Part shown: piece by piece, positions 1-8,300 of the stretch
Position numbering within the stretch: the first letter of the stretch is position 1
Layout: every line of letters starts with the position of its first letter
IMG/VR virus record: IMGVR_UViG_3300046463_000302
Origin: an uncultured virus (IMG/VR IMGVR_UViG_3300046463_000302)
Taxonomy: Duplodnaviria > Heunggongvirae > Uroviricota > Caudoviricetes
Direction: 5' to 3' (one strand)
Length of the DNA: 64,000 bases
Made by a program: the position numbers and the translations under genes
The notes under the pieces: generated by a model
Database searches by the model: none
Told to the model about the DNA's origin: nothing
The model's input: only the letters and a program-made list of their open reading frames with translations

Positions 1-55
1 AGGTCTTGTAATGACGGACTAGAGGGAGCGCGTCGCCACAACGTTGGCAATCCAT
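1..55 (-). CDS. 5' end of a gene downstream of cro (truncated by window edge)
   Basis: Minus-strand ATG at 55 reads MDCQRCGDALPLVRHYKT.. off the edge. Confidence 0.35.
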   Translation of the reverse strand, partial: MDCQRCGDALPLVRHYKT

Positions 56-93
56 GGGAGCGCGCGGCTTTTTTGGAACACCGATTCCGCTTT

Positions 94-297
94 TCATGCC
101 GCGACCTGCTCAGAACTAGCCTTTTCCTTTTCAGCGATCAGCGCGGAGAAGGTTTTGAGGTTCACGGAATAGCCATCGTTGTTCACGATGCGCTGGATGG
201 TCCGACGGTTCACACCGGTGCGCCGCGCGATCTCGTTGAGTTGACGCTTGACCGACTGCTCCGCCAGCCAATCACGAAGCGTTTCAAATTCAGTCAT
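94..297 (-). CDS. Cro-like HTH regulator
   Basis: 67 aa, HTH (LNEIARRTGVNRRTIQRI), divergent from repressor. Confidence 0.8.
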   Translation of the reverse strand: MTEFETLRDWLAEQSVKRQLNEIARRTGVNRRTIQRIVNNDGYSVNLKTFSALIAEKEKASSEQVAA

Positions 298-332
298 GGC
301 TTCTCGCTGGGTGGTTCGTTGATGACCAACCC

Positions 333-374
333 ATTTTAGACGCGGACGTCTTGAAACGCAAGACGCAAATGTCT
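333..374 (-). promoter_or_regulatory. PR-like promoter with two AGAC-N6-GTCT operators (338-351, 361-374)
   Basis: Minus strand TTGCGT-17nt-TAAAAT overlapping two palindromic boxes. Confidence 0.75.
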
Positions 375-398
375 AGGAAACAAAAATAGAATCCAGTC

Positions 399-806
399 AT
401 GTCTAAAGCGCTCGAAATCCTCAGCTCGAACATCTCCAGCCTGATCGGCGAGGGGAAGCCATTCCGCAATGACGCGGACATGGGAGAGCGCACTGGCTTA
501 GGGCAGAGAAAGATTCACCGACTGAGAAATCAGGCCGGCGAACCGAAGATCGACAACCTCGACACTCTGTCTGAGCGCCTCCACGTGCCGATTCCAGCAC
601 TCCTCAGCCCCAACATGGACGTGGTTCAGGGCAGTCTGCCTACCCAGGTGGCCGACATCGTGCGGCGCATTTGTACGCTAGCGTTTAAAAATGCACTTGA
701 ACCGCACGATTTGATGCACCTTTCCAGCGCTGTTTCACTAATTGAGAAGTCGAAGGGGAACGTAATCTTGTCATCCGAAAGCAATAAACGCGGGACCGGC
801 ACCTAG
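399..806 (+). CDS. CI-like XRE repressor (phage A)
   Basis: N-terminal HTH (DADMGERTGLGQRKIHRL...PKIDNLDTLS), flanked by operator pairs. Confidence 0.75.
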   Translation: MSKALEILSSNISSLIGEGKPFRNDADMGERTGLGQRKIHRLRNQAGEPKIDNLDTLSERLHVPIPALLSPNMDVVQGSLPTQVADIVRRICTLAFKNALEPHDLMHLSSAVSLIEKSKGNVILSSESNKRGTGT

Positions 807-839
807 AAGCCACAGCCCGCACAGACCTGCGGGTGAATC

Positions 840-1073
840 ATGAGAGCAGCGACAGAGAGAAGGCACCTACGCCTCGTCGTGTCCAGTGCCGTCACCGTAG
901 AAATACCAGTCCCACCCCCACCGCCCCCCGCCTCCTCCACGATCCTTATTGAGATCGGCCGCGAAGGAGCGCTTCAAAAACTCGAGATCAATGTTCGCCA
1001 GGAAGATGCCATCCAGGCGCTGCACGGACTCGTCATGGCGCACATGCGCGCGCTCGACTTGCTGACCCACTGA
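840..1073 (+). CDS. hypothetical protein in immunity region
   Basis: 77-aa ORF co-oriented with repressor. Confidence 0.5.
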   Translation: MRAATERRHLRLVVSSAVTVEIPVPPPPPPASSTILIEIGREGALQKLEINVRQEDAIQALHGLVMAHMRALDLLTH

Positions 1074-1116
1074 AATTCGCGGGCTGAGACATGCCCGCAA
1101 AAAATCGCTCAGTTTT

Positions 1117-1158
1117 AGACATTCTCGTCTTGACAGTTAAGACGGGCGTGTCTAAGAT
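1117..1158 (+). promoter_or_regulatory. PL-like promoter with two AGAC-N6-GTCT operators (1117-1130, 1140-1153)
   Basis: TTGACA(1130-1135)-17nt-TAAGAT(1153-1158). Confidence 0.8.
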
Positions 1159-1200
1159 TCTACTCACAGCAGCACACAAACAAACCCTGTGAGGTCATCC

Positions 1201-1359
1201 ATGAAAGCGCCCTTTGTCTCGAAGCTGCACCACGAGATCAGCCTGTTCGCCACGAAGATGCTTGAGCTTGTGTGCATCAACCCGTGGGAAGTGAACCCGC
1301 TGTTGCGCGTGTGGAAGATCTCTCGCGAGACCGATTACAGCCGTATCACGATTCAGTGA
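1201..1359 (+). CDS. small early protein
   Basis: GAGG RBS, 52 aa MKAPFVSKLHHEIS.., first gene after promoter. Confidence 0.55.
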   Translation: MKAPFVSKLHHEISLFATKMLELVCINPWEVNPLLRVWKISRETDYSRITIQ

Positions 1360-1366
1360 GGAAGCC

Positions 1367-1666
1367 ATGAGCGCGATTCCGCTAGTCATCAACAAGACCA
1401 TGAAGTACGGCGACTGGATGTTCGACCGCGAGCTTGATGCGCTCGATCGCTCAGCCCTGATCGCCTACGACCGCCGCGAGCGCATCGAGCGCGAAGTCAG
1501 CTTTGACGACCTGCTCGAAGAGTGCGTCGAAATGACCGGACCGCAGAAGGAAGCGTTTATGCAAGCGCTGGCGCGCGGCAGCAACGCGGACGTGCACACG
1601 CTTTACTGCCTGCTCGACCAGGTGAAAGAGCAGATCGTGAAGCGCCGCCTTGCAGGAGGTGTGTGA
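1367..1666 (+). CDS. hypothetical early protein
   Basis: GAGGA RBS, coupled to next ORF. Confidence 0.65.
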   Translation: MSAIPLVINKTMKYGDWMFDRELDALDRSALIAYDRRERIEREVSFDDLLEECVEMTGPQKEAFMQALARGSNADVHTLYCLLDQVKEQIVKRRLAGGV

Positions 1667-1863
1667 TGGAAGTCCGCCTCGAAAAGATCATCGAAGCCAT
1701 GAGCGTTCTGAACGTGACGGCCGACCACCTGCTGAAGGCGCCGATTGACGATCAGGTTGCAGGTTTTCTTGCCGCGCAGTGCATCAAGTCGGCTGCGGAT
1801 CTGCGTGCGGCGATGCACATGTCAGAGCTTCAGAACGCACAAATTACGGGAGCACTGCAATGA
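1666..1863 (+). CDS. hypothetical early protein
   Basis: GGAGG RBS, TGATG overlap. Confidence 0.6.
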   Translation: MEVRLEKIIEAMSVLNVTADHLLKAPIDDQVAGFLAAQCIKSAADLRAAMHMSELQNAQITGALQ

Positions 1864-1939
1864 GCGGCATCGCCATTCTCTTCCTGATCTGGGGCTTCCT
1901 CGCACTGTGCTGCTGCGCGTTTGTGCGGGGTGCAGCGTG

Positions 1940-2128
1940 ATGACGACCCTCTACCGCCGTCGCCAGTACCGCGCCCGGCGCGATCAGCCGACGCTGGCTG
2001 ACCTGGTCGACGCTGACGTGATCATCGGCGCGCAGTGCTTCGTCGCCGGCTTCTTTTTCTTCGCGCTGCTGATGCTCGTGTTTTTCGGCGAGCGCTTTCT
2101 TGCGATCTTCGGAGGCTTACATGGTTAA
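1940..2128 (+). CDS. small membrane protein
   Basis: C-terminal hydrophobic segment, operon coupling. Confidence 0.5.
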   Translation: MTTLYRRRQYRARRDQPTLADLVDADVIIGAQCFVAGFFFFALLMLVFFGERFLAIFGGLHG

Positions 2129-2354
2129 GAACCTCGACCTGCGCCACGTGCGCACCGGCGTAAAGCTCTCGCGCGCCGAACTGGTGGACTCGGAATACCA
2201 GGCGCTGTGCGCCCGCACTGAACGGCGTCAGGAGGCTGCAAAGGCTGCTCTGGTTCGTCGCGGCGTGGAGCCGCGGGTGCGGATCAGTAGTGCATGGGTG
2301 CCGTCGTACATCGCAAAGCACTTCAACCACTGCGCTGTGCGAGGTCTCGCGTGA
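2121..2354 (+). CDS. hypothetical early protein
   Basis: GGAGG RBS, coupled overlaps. Confidence 0.6.
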   Translation: MVKNLDLRHVRTGVKLSRAELVDSEYQALCARTERRQEAAKAALVRRGVEPRVRISSAWVPSYIAKHFNHCAVRGLA

Positions 2355-2497
2355 TCCGCCGCTTATCCGACTACCTCGACGAACGTCCGGTCCTCGCCAT
2401 GATCCTCGGCACGCTAATGGCGTGTCTGATTCTCTACTTCGCGACGCCTTCGCTGTTTGAGCGTGCGGAACAACCGGTGCACCGGAGTGCGACGTGA
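2351..2497 (+). CDS. small membrane protein
   Basis: GAGG RBS, GTGA overlaps at both ends, one TM segment. Confidence 0.5.
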   Translation: MIRRLSDYLDERPVLAMILGTLMACLILYFATPSLFERAEQPVHRSAT

Positions 2498-3306
2498 TCC
2501 ACAACTATCTGAACATCGACGAGTACCACGCGATGCCAGAGGTATCGAAGTCGCAGCTCGACACGCTCGACCTGTCGCCGGCGATCTTCTATGCGCGCCA
2601 TCGCGATCCGAACCGGCCGGCGCCGGTGACGAAGTCGGGCCAGCTCGAAGGCAATCTCGCGCACTGCGCCGTGCTGGAGCCGGATGAATTCGAGTCGCGC
2701 TACGTCATCGGCCCGTCGGTCAACCGCAATACGAAGGTCTGGAAAGAGTTCGTCGAAGCGAATCCGAACCGCGTGGCAATCCAGCATGACCAGTACGAGG
2801 CAGCCACGCGTCAGGCGGTGTCGGTGCGCGCGCTGCCGGAGATCGGCGAAGCGCTGGCTAATGGGAAGGCTGAAGTGTCGGCCTTCTGGACTGACGAAGA
2901 AACGGGCGTCAAGTGCCGCTGCCGGCCTGACTGGGTGAACGACTGCGGCGAAGCTGGCGTGATCCTGCTCGACCTCAAGACCTACAGCAGCGCGAGCCCG
3001 CACGAGTTCCGCAAACAGGTCGCCCGCAAGCGGTACGACGTGCAGGCCGCGTTCTATAGCGATGGCTACGCAGCAGCCAGCGGCCGCCCCGTTCTCGGCT
3101 TCGTGTTCGTCGCTGTGGAAACCGAAGACCCCTCCGCCGCCAACGCTTTCATGCTCGACGAGGAAAGCCTTGAAGCCGGCCGCCAGAAGTACTGCAAGAA
3201 CCTGCGCACGTATGCCGAGTGCGAGCGCACCAACACGTGGCCTGGGTATTCGACGGGCATCGACATTATCCGCTTGCCCTCCTGGGCTCTCATCACTGAG
3301 GAATAA
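2494..3306 (+). CDS. RecE/exonuclease VIII-like PD-(D/E)XK nuclease
   Basis: CRCRPDW...DLKT...YDVQAAFY motifs, upstream of RecT. Confidence 0.9.
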   Translation: MIHNYLNIDEYHAMPEVSKSQLDTLDLSPAIFYARHRDPNRPAPVTKSGQLEGNLAHCAVLEPDEFESRYVIGPSVNRNTKVWKEFVEANPNRVAIQHDQYEAATRQAVSVRALPEIGEALANGKAEVSAFWTDEETGVKCRCRPDWVNDCGEAGVILLDLKTYSSASPHEFRKQVARKRYDVQAAFYSDGYAAASGRPVLGFVFVAVETEDPSAANAFMLDEESLEAGRQKYCKNLRTYAECERTNTWPGYSTGIDIIRLPSWALITEE

Positions 3307-3308
3307 CC

Positions 3309-4364
3309 GTGGCACAACAGACAACCAACCTCGCGAACCTGAAGCAGACCTCGAAGATGGTCGCGAAAGAAGCTGGGATCGGCAACGTGAAGTCGTTCTT
3401 CGAGTCGCAGAAGTCGACGCTCGCCGCGGTGTTGCCGCGCCACGTGTCGCCCGATCGGATGCTCAAGATTGCGCTCGGCGCGCTGCGCACGACCCCGAAG
3501 CTCATGGCATGCACGGTCGAATCGCTCATGGGTGCAGTCGTCCAGTGCTCGCAACTCGGCCTTGAGCCGAACACACCGCTCGGTCACGCCTACCTGATCC
3601 CATTCGAGAAGCGCAAGAAACAGGGTAACGAATGGGTCACGGTCGCCACCGAAGTGCAGATCGTGATCGGCTACAAGGGGTTGATCGACCTCGCGCGCCG
3701 CTCGGGCCAGGTCGTCAGCATCGCCGCGCATGCAGTCTGCGCGAACGACCACTTTGAGTACTCGTATGGCCTTGATGAGCGTCTTGAGCACCGTCCGGCA
3801 ATGAACAACCGCGGCAACGTGATCGCGTTCTACGCGGTGGCGAAACTGGTTGGCGGCGGTCATGCGTTCGAGATCATGAGCGCGGAGCAGGTCAACGAGA
3901 TCCGCAACGCCAGCCAGAACTACAAGTCGGCGCGCGACAAGGCCGCGTCTGTATGGGGCCAGCATTACGAGGAAATGGGCCGCAAGACGGTGTTGCGCCG
4001 CCTGTTCAAGTACCTGCCGGTGAGCATCGAACTGGCGTCTGCTGCGGCGCTCGATGAGGTTGGCGCTGCCGGTCGTTCGCAGGCACTCGACACGGTGCTG
4101 GAGGGCGACTACATCACGCCGAGCGAAACGGATGACGACGACGGCCACGTCGACCAGTCCACCGGCGAGATCACGGACCAGCGCCAGCAACAGGCGGATG
4201 CGATCGTCCTCGCTTACGGCGACTTGCTCGCGCAGATGCAGAAGGCCGATGACGTCGACACGCTGTCGATGGTGCTCGACAGCGGGCGCGATCTTCCGCA
4301 GGCCGAGCTCGTGAAGTTGCAGCAGGCCTACGACGACCGTCGCGAAATCCTGCTCGGCGCCTAA
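3309..4364 (+). CDS. recT: RecT ssDNA annealing protein (copy 1)
   Basis: QLGLEPNTPLGHAYLIPF, IGYKGLIDLARRSG, EMGRKTVLRRLFKYLP. Confidence 0.95.
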   Translation: MAQQTTNLANLKQTSKMVAKEAGIGNVKSFFESQKSTLAAVLPRHVSPDRMLKIALGALRTTPKLMACTVESLMGAVVQCSQLGLEPNTPLGHAYLIPFEKRKKQGNEWVTVATEVQIVIGYKGLIDLARRSGQVVSIAAHAVCANDHFEYSYGLDERLEHRPAMNNRGNVIAFYAVAKLVGGGHAFEIMSAEQVNEIRNASQNYKSARDKAASVWGQHYEEMGRKTVLRRLFKYLPVSIELASAAALDEVGAAGRSQALDTVLEGDYITPSETDDDDGHVDQSTGEITDQRQQQADAIVLAYGDLLAQMQKADDVDTLSMVLDSGRDLPQAELVKLQQAYDDRREILLGA

Positions 4365-4387
4365 CCCTTCCTCACCCCGGAGAAACC

Positions 4388-4969
4388 ATGTTTACCGTCA
4401 GCAATCAACTCTGCAAGATCGTATCCGTGACCAACGTGTCGGAGAAGCACGGCAAGGAACGCGTACCCGCCCTTTCCATCGGTCTCTATCTCGTCGGCTC
4501 GGGTTCGATCCTCGACCAGTTCGACAGTGCGCTGCGTCCGATGCTCTATCGCAAGCCGCAACCGACGCCCGGCGGTCTGCCGCTCGAATACGACGACAAC
4601 GAGCTGACTGAGCTGCGCTTCCCGTTCATGCGGAATTTGGCTTGGGACCGCAAATACGCCGGGTTCATGCTCCGCATCCGGATTGGGGCAACCGGCGCCG
4701 ATGATGTGCTGCTCACGGAATGTGGCCTGAAAGACATCCGCTTCGTGGCGCAGGAAGGCGGTTCTGTCGGTGTTGCTTTCAAGGTCACAGCGCATCCTAA
4801 AGACGAGATCGACCACGGCAAGGTCGCGACGCGCCTGCAGCAGGAAATCTTCATCGACCTGACGCCGCCGGACCACATGCCGACCCTGTTCGACAGCGAG
4901 CCGCAGGACGATGAGCGTGATCCCTTCGAAGGCAGCGACCTCGCGCAGGACGAGACGCGCATCCAGTAA
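4388..4969 (+). CDS. conserved hypothetical phage protein
   Basis: 193 aa, GGAG RBS, typical codon usage. Confidence 0.7.
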   Translation: MFTVSNQLCKIVSVTNVSEKHGKERVPALSIGLYLVGSGSILDQFDSALRPMLYRKPQPTPGGLPLEYDDNELTELRFPFMRNLAWDRKYAGFMLRIRIGATGADDVLLTECGLKDIRFVAQEGGSVGVAFKVTAHPKDEIDHGKVATRLQQEIFIDLTPPDHMPTLFDSEPQDDERDPFEGSDLAQDETRIQ

Positions 4970-5002
4970 CCCCCGAACCGCGCAGACGGCGCGGCGTGCT
5001 TA

Positions 5003-5029
5003 GGGCGGCTAGGTCAGCGCCCGTTTTTT
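5003..5029 (+). terminator. putative intrinsic terminator
   Basis: GGGCG..CGCCC stem followed by T run. Confidence 0.4.
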
Positions 5030-5059
5030 ACAACTGTTCGGCTATGCCGGCGAGGGAAT

Positions 5060-6085
5060 ATGAGCAACTGGATCGATCAATGCCACTTCGGTGATTGCCG
5101 CGACACCATGCGCGCGATGATCGCCGACGGCGTAAAGGTGCAGACGATCGTCACATCGCCGCCGTATTGGGGCTTGCGCGACTATGGCGTCGACGGCCAG
5201 ATCGGGCACGAGCCGACGCTGCGCGAATTCATCGACACGCTTACGGGCGTATTTGAACTGTGCCGCGAGCTGCTCGCCGACGACGGTACCGCATGGGTGA
5301 ATATGGGCGACGCGTACGCGAACGACAGCAAATGGGGCGGATCAACTGGCGGAAAGCACGTGGCAGCGCTTCATGGAGACAGCGGGATCGGCCGCGCCAA
5401 GCGCTATACCGGTCTGAAGGCCAAAGACTTGATGGGCCAGCCGTGGCGCCTCGCGTTCGCACTGCAAGACGCCGGCTGGTATCTCCGGCAGGACATCGTA
5501 TGGCACAAGCCGAACCCGATGCCGGAATCAGTACAGGACCGTTGCACCAAGGCGCACGAGTACATCTTCCTGCTCACGAAGAGCTCGAGCTACTACTGCG
5601 ATATGGCGTCGATCCGTGTGCCTGCCAGTCTCGAGACGAAGATCCAGTCTTTCGACACGATGAACTTCAAAGCGCGCGACAAGTACAAGACGGCCGGCAA
5701 CGTAAACCCGCCGAAGGGCGCCGTTGCATACGCCGACGGCGACGAGCGACACAGAACGAAGGCAGGACTGCTTGCCTATGCTCAGAAGACGCGCGCAGAC
5801 GGCGAGGTCGATCTTTCGACGGCGAACCGCCGAAGCGTCTGGACGATCGCAACTGAAGCATACCCGGGCGCCCACTTCGCCACCTTCCCCGAAGCACTCG
5901 TCGAACCATGCGTGCTTGCGGGCTCGCGGGCCGGCGACGTTGTGTTCGATCCGTTTTTCGGTAGCGGCACCACCGGGCAGGTCGCCGCGCGGCTCGGCCG
6001 AAAGTTCATCGGATGCGAATTGAACCCGGCATACGAAGCCCTGCAACGCGATCGGATCCGCGAGCGTGGCTTTGAGTTCGCCTGA
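5060..6085 (+). CDS. orphan beta-class amino-DNA methyltransferase (probably N4-cytosine)
   Basis: TSPPY near N-terminus, HFATFP and DPFFGSGTT near C-terminus. Confidence 0.92.
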   Translation: MSNWIDQCHFGDCRDTMRAMIADGVKVQTIVTSPPYWGLRDYGVDGQIGHEPTLREFIDTLTGVFELCRELLADDGTAWVNMGDAYANDSKWGGSTGGKHVAALHGDSGIGRAKRYTGLKAKDLMGQPWRLAFALQDAGWYLRQDIVWHKPNPMPESVQDRCTKAHEYIFLLTKSSSYYCDMASIRVPASLETKIQSFDTMNFKARDKYKTAGNVNPPKGAVAYADGDERHRTKAGLLAYAQKTRADGEVDLSTANRRSVWTIATEAYPGAHFATFPEALVEPCVLAGSRAGDVVFDPFFGSGTTGQVAARLGRKFIGCELNPAYEALQRDRIRERGFEFA

Positions 6086-6144
6086 CCCACCCGCAAGGAA
6101 CCCGACATGAATACCGATACAGACGCAGTGAAGGAGATGGAATC

Positions 6145-6408
6145 GTGAGCGCAGTTTATGTTGACCGCTTCAGCGCTGGCCTTGATGACCTGACGCGCAA
6201 GCAACAGGGCGATCACATCGCCGTCCTGCGGGTGCTCAACAAGACGGGCCGCTTCAGTTGCTTCGAGGCATCCGAGAATCAGACGATCGCTCGCACGATG
6301 GATTTCATTTTGCATAGCGATCTCGTCCAGACAACCGACAACGGCTATCCATGGACCGGCGTGAAGCTGACAGATGCCGGCCGTGCCGCTTTGGAGGTGA
6401 CCCCATGA
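6145..6408 (+). CDS. hypothetical (possible winged helix) protein
   Basis: AAGGAG RBS, ends LTDAGRAAL. Confidence 0.6.
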   Translation: MSAVYVDRFSAGLDDLTRKQQGDHIAVLRVLNKTGRFSCFEASENQTIARTMDFILHSDLVQTTDNGYPWTGVKLTDAGRAALEVTP

Positions 6409-6983
6409 CCACCACTACCAAGATCGCTGGAGAGGCTATGACGGACGAACAGATTCGCAAGAGCATGACGGGCGAACAGATCCGACTTGAGCGCAAGCTG
6501 ACTTGCGAAGCAATCGACGGCGCGATGGCCTTCGGTTATCAGAACACCAATCCGCCGCCGAGCGACGATCACTGGCTCGCGCCGTACTGGAAGATCGGCC
6601 GCAAGCAAGCCGAGATGGAATGCGCCCTGCTTGCAAGCAAGCCTGCCGTGGCGCCGCCCGTTGACGAGAAAGCCGAATGGCAGGCATTTTTAGATTGGGC
6701 ATGGAAGAAAGAAGGTGAGGCTATCGGCCGGATGGAAGGTCGGGATGCGGTTTGGGCCGGATGGCATGCGCGCGCCATGCTCGCCGCAGCCACCGCTCCC
6801 GCGCAATCGTGCGGTGACGCCGAGCAAGCAGACGAGGCGGTGACGGACGACGCTCGCCGATGGAAGTGGCTGAAGATGGAATCGACCGTAGGAGAGCAGC
6901 AAAAGATCATGGGCACCCCTTGGGGGCAATGGGACCAGTTTGCTGATGACGCTATCACCGCCCGCGCAAAGGACAGCAAATGA
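6405..6983 (+). CDS. mosaic hypothetical phage protein
   Basis: GGAGG RBS, ATGA overlaps. Confidence 0.65.
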   Translation: MTTTTKIAGEAMTDEQIRKSMTGEQIRLERKLTCEAIDGAMAFGYQNTNPPPSDDHWLAPYWKIGRKQAEMECALLASKPAVAPPVDEKAEWQAFLDWAWKKEGEAIGRMEGRDAVWAGWHARAMLAAATAPAQSCGDAEQADEAVTDDARRWKWLKMESTVGEQQKIMGTPWGQWDQFADDAITARAKDSK

Positions 6984-7771
6984 ACACGACAAATCACACT
7001 TCGCCGAGCGGTGAGGAACTGAAGCCGTGCCCGTTCTGTGGCGGCACCGATCTATTCGTTGAGCGGCTTGACTACACCGCTTGCTTCGTTCAATGCGACA
7101 GCAGCGTCGGCGAACATGAAGCTTGCTGTATGCGTGGACCGGTCGGCATGCAGGACGACGACGACGAGGAAACTCCCGGCAACGCCGCAGCCATTCGCGC
7201 CTGGAATCGCCGCGCCGCACTCACCGCCGAAAAGGTGGCGGCGGAGCCGGTGGCGATTGTCCGTGACAATCCTGACGACATTGGAACGATCATCGAGGCA
7301 ACGCGCCCACTCGAAGTCGGGACGCAACTCTATCTCGCCGCCCCACAACAGCCCGCGCAATCTGCCGAGCAGGACGAGCGGGCGCAGTTCAGGGCACAGG
7401 TTTGCTGCGAAGTTGGCCTATCGACAGAACGAAGCGACGAAGAAATACTGAATGCGCTGGTGGCGCAACGGGTGCAGCTTCGTCGCCAAGCCCGCGCCGC
7501 GGAGCCGGTGACTTTGGAGCAAGTGAAAGCGCTCGAAGTGGCTGTTTGTCACGGACAAAGCGGCGAAGCGCTTCGACTGCTGCATCACATGCGGAATGCG
7601 CTCGCCGCCCCGCAACCAGCACAGACACAGTTGGCGCTGACGGACACTGATCTGGAAAAACTGTATTGGACGGCTATGAATAACGCTGCCGATATTCTCC
7701 GGTACATGGACGAAGCCCGCGCCATTCTCGCTGCGCAACCTGTGAGCGGACAGACGGAGGGCAATCAGTGA
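6980..7771 (+). CDS. Lar-family restriction alleviation-like protein with mosaic C-terminus
   Basis: ELKPCPFCG...CDS..C...AIRAWNRR. Confidence 0.75.
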   Translation: MNTTNHTSPSGEELKPCPFCGGTDLFVERLDYTACFVQCDSSVGEHEACCMRGPVGMQDDDDEETPGNAAAIRAWNRRAALTAEKVAAEPVAIVRDNPDDIGTIIEATRPLEVGTQLYLAAPQQPAQSAEQDERAQFRAQVCCEVGLSTERSDEEILNALVAQRVQLRRQARAAEPVTLEQVKALEVAVCHGQSGEALRLLHHMRNALAAPQPAQTQLALTDTDLEKLYWTAMNNAADILRYMDEARAILAAQPVSGQTEGNQ

Positions 7772-8115
7772 CCGTCTACGTCGACGATATGAAGGCGAAG
7801 TACGGCCGCATGGTCATGTGTCACATGCTGGCCGATACCGACGACGAGCTACACGCCATGGCCGCCACCATCGGCGTGGCGCGTCGCTGGTGGCAGAGCC
7901 CGGAAAAGACGAGCGGAAGTCACTACGACATTGCGCTGTCCAAGCGGGCTATCGCCGTGGCGGCCGGCGCCGTCGAAATCACATGGAAGCAGGCAGGCGC
8001 GATGAACGCCCGCCGACGAGTCACAGGCGAGTTAGGCAACCCGGCTGATGCTGTCGAGTGGCTACAGACTTACATGGAACAGCGCCGTGCGGCGCGAGCT
8101 AAGGAGACAGCCTGA
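7768..8115 (+). CDS. DUF4031-family protein
   Basis: MTVYVDD..MCHMLADTDDELHAMA..HYDI..KRAIAV..GA. Confidence 0.85.
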   Translation: MTVYVDDMKAKYGRMVMCHMLADTDDELHAMAATIGVARRWWQSPEKTSGSHYDIALSKRAIAVAAGAVEITWKQAGAMNARRRVTGELGNPADAVEWLQTYMEQRRAARAKETA

Positions 8116-8267
8116 TGCAATCAGAAGCAGCATTAAACCTGAAGCTGGTCGCGGCCATGGCAGAGAAGGCCGCAGCCAAGGCCGAGCGCGGCGCATTCTG
8201 GCCCGGCGAACTGGCTGAAGCCGTGCAGCAGATGCAGAAGTGGCTTGCGGAGATCAAGACCCGCTGA
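8115..8267 (+). CDS. small hypothetical protein
   Basis: AAGGAG RBS, TGATG overlap, 50 aa. Confidence 0.55.
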   Translation: MQSEAALNLKLVAAMAEKAAAKAERGAFWPGELAEAVQQMQKWLAEIKTR

Positions 8268-8270
8268 AGA

Positions 8271-8300
8271 GTGCGGTATGGTGCGGGACGGTGCTGTATG
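8271..8300. repeat. 3 x 10-bp tandem motif GTGCGGTATG (dispersed family)
   Basis: GTGCGGTATG GTGCGGGACG GTGCTGTATG directly before TerL start. Confidence 0.7.

Noticed and set aside
8271..8300. Short tandem motifs as a CRISPR or mini-array
   Set aside because: Units are 10 bp and contiguous, with no spacers and no cas genes
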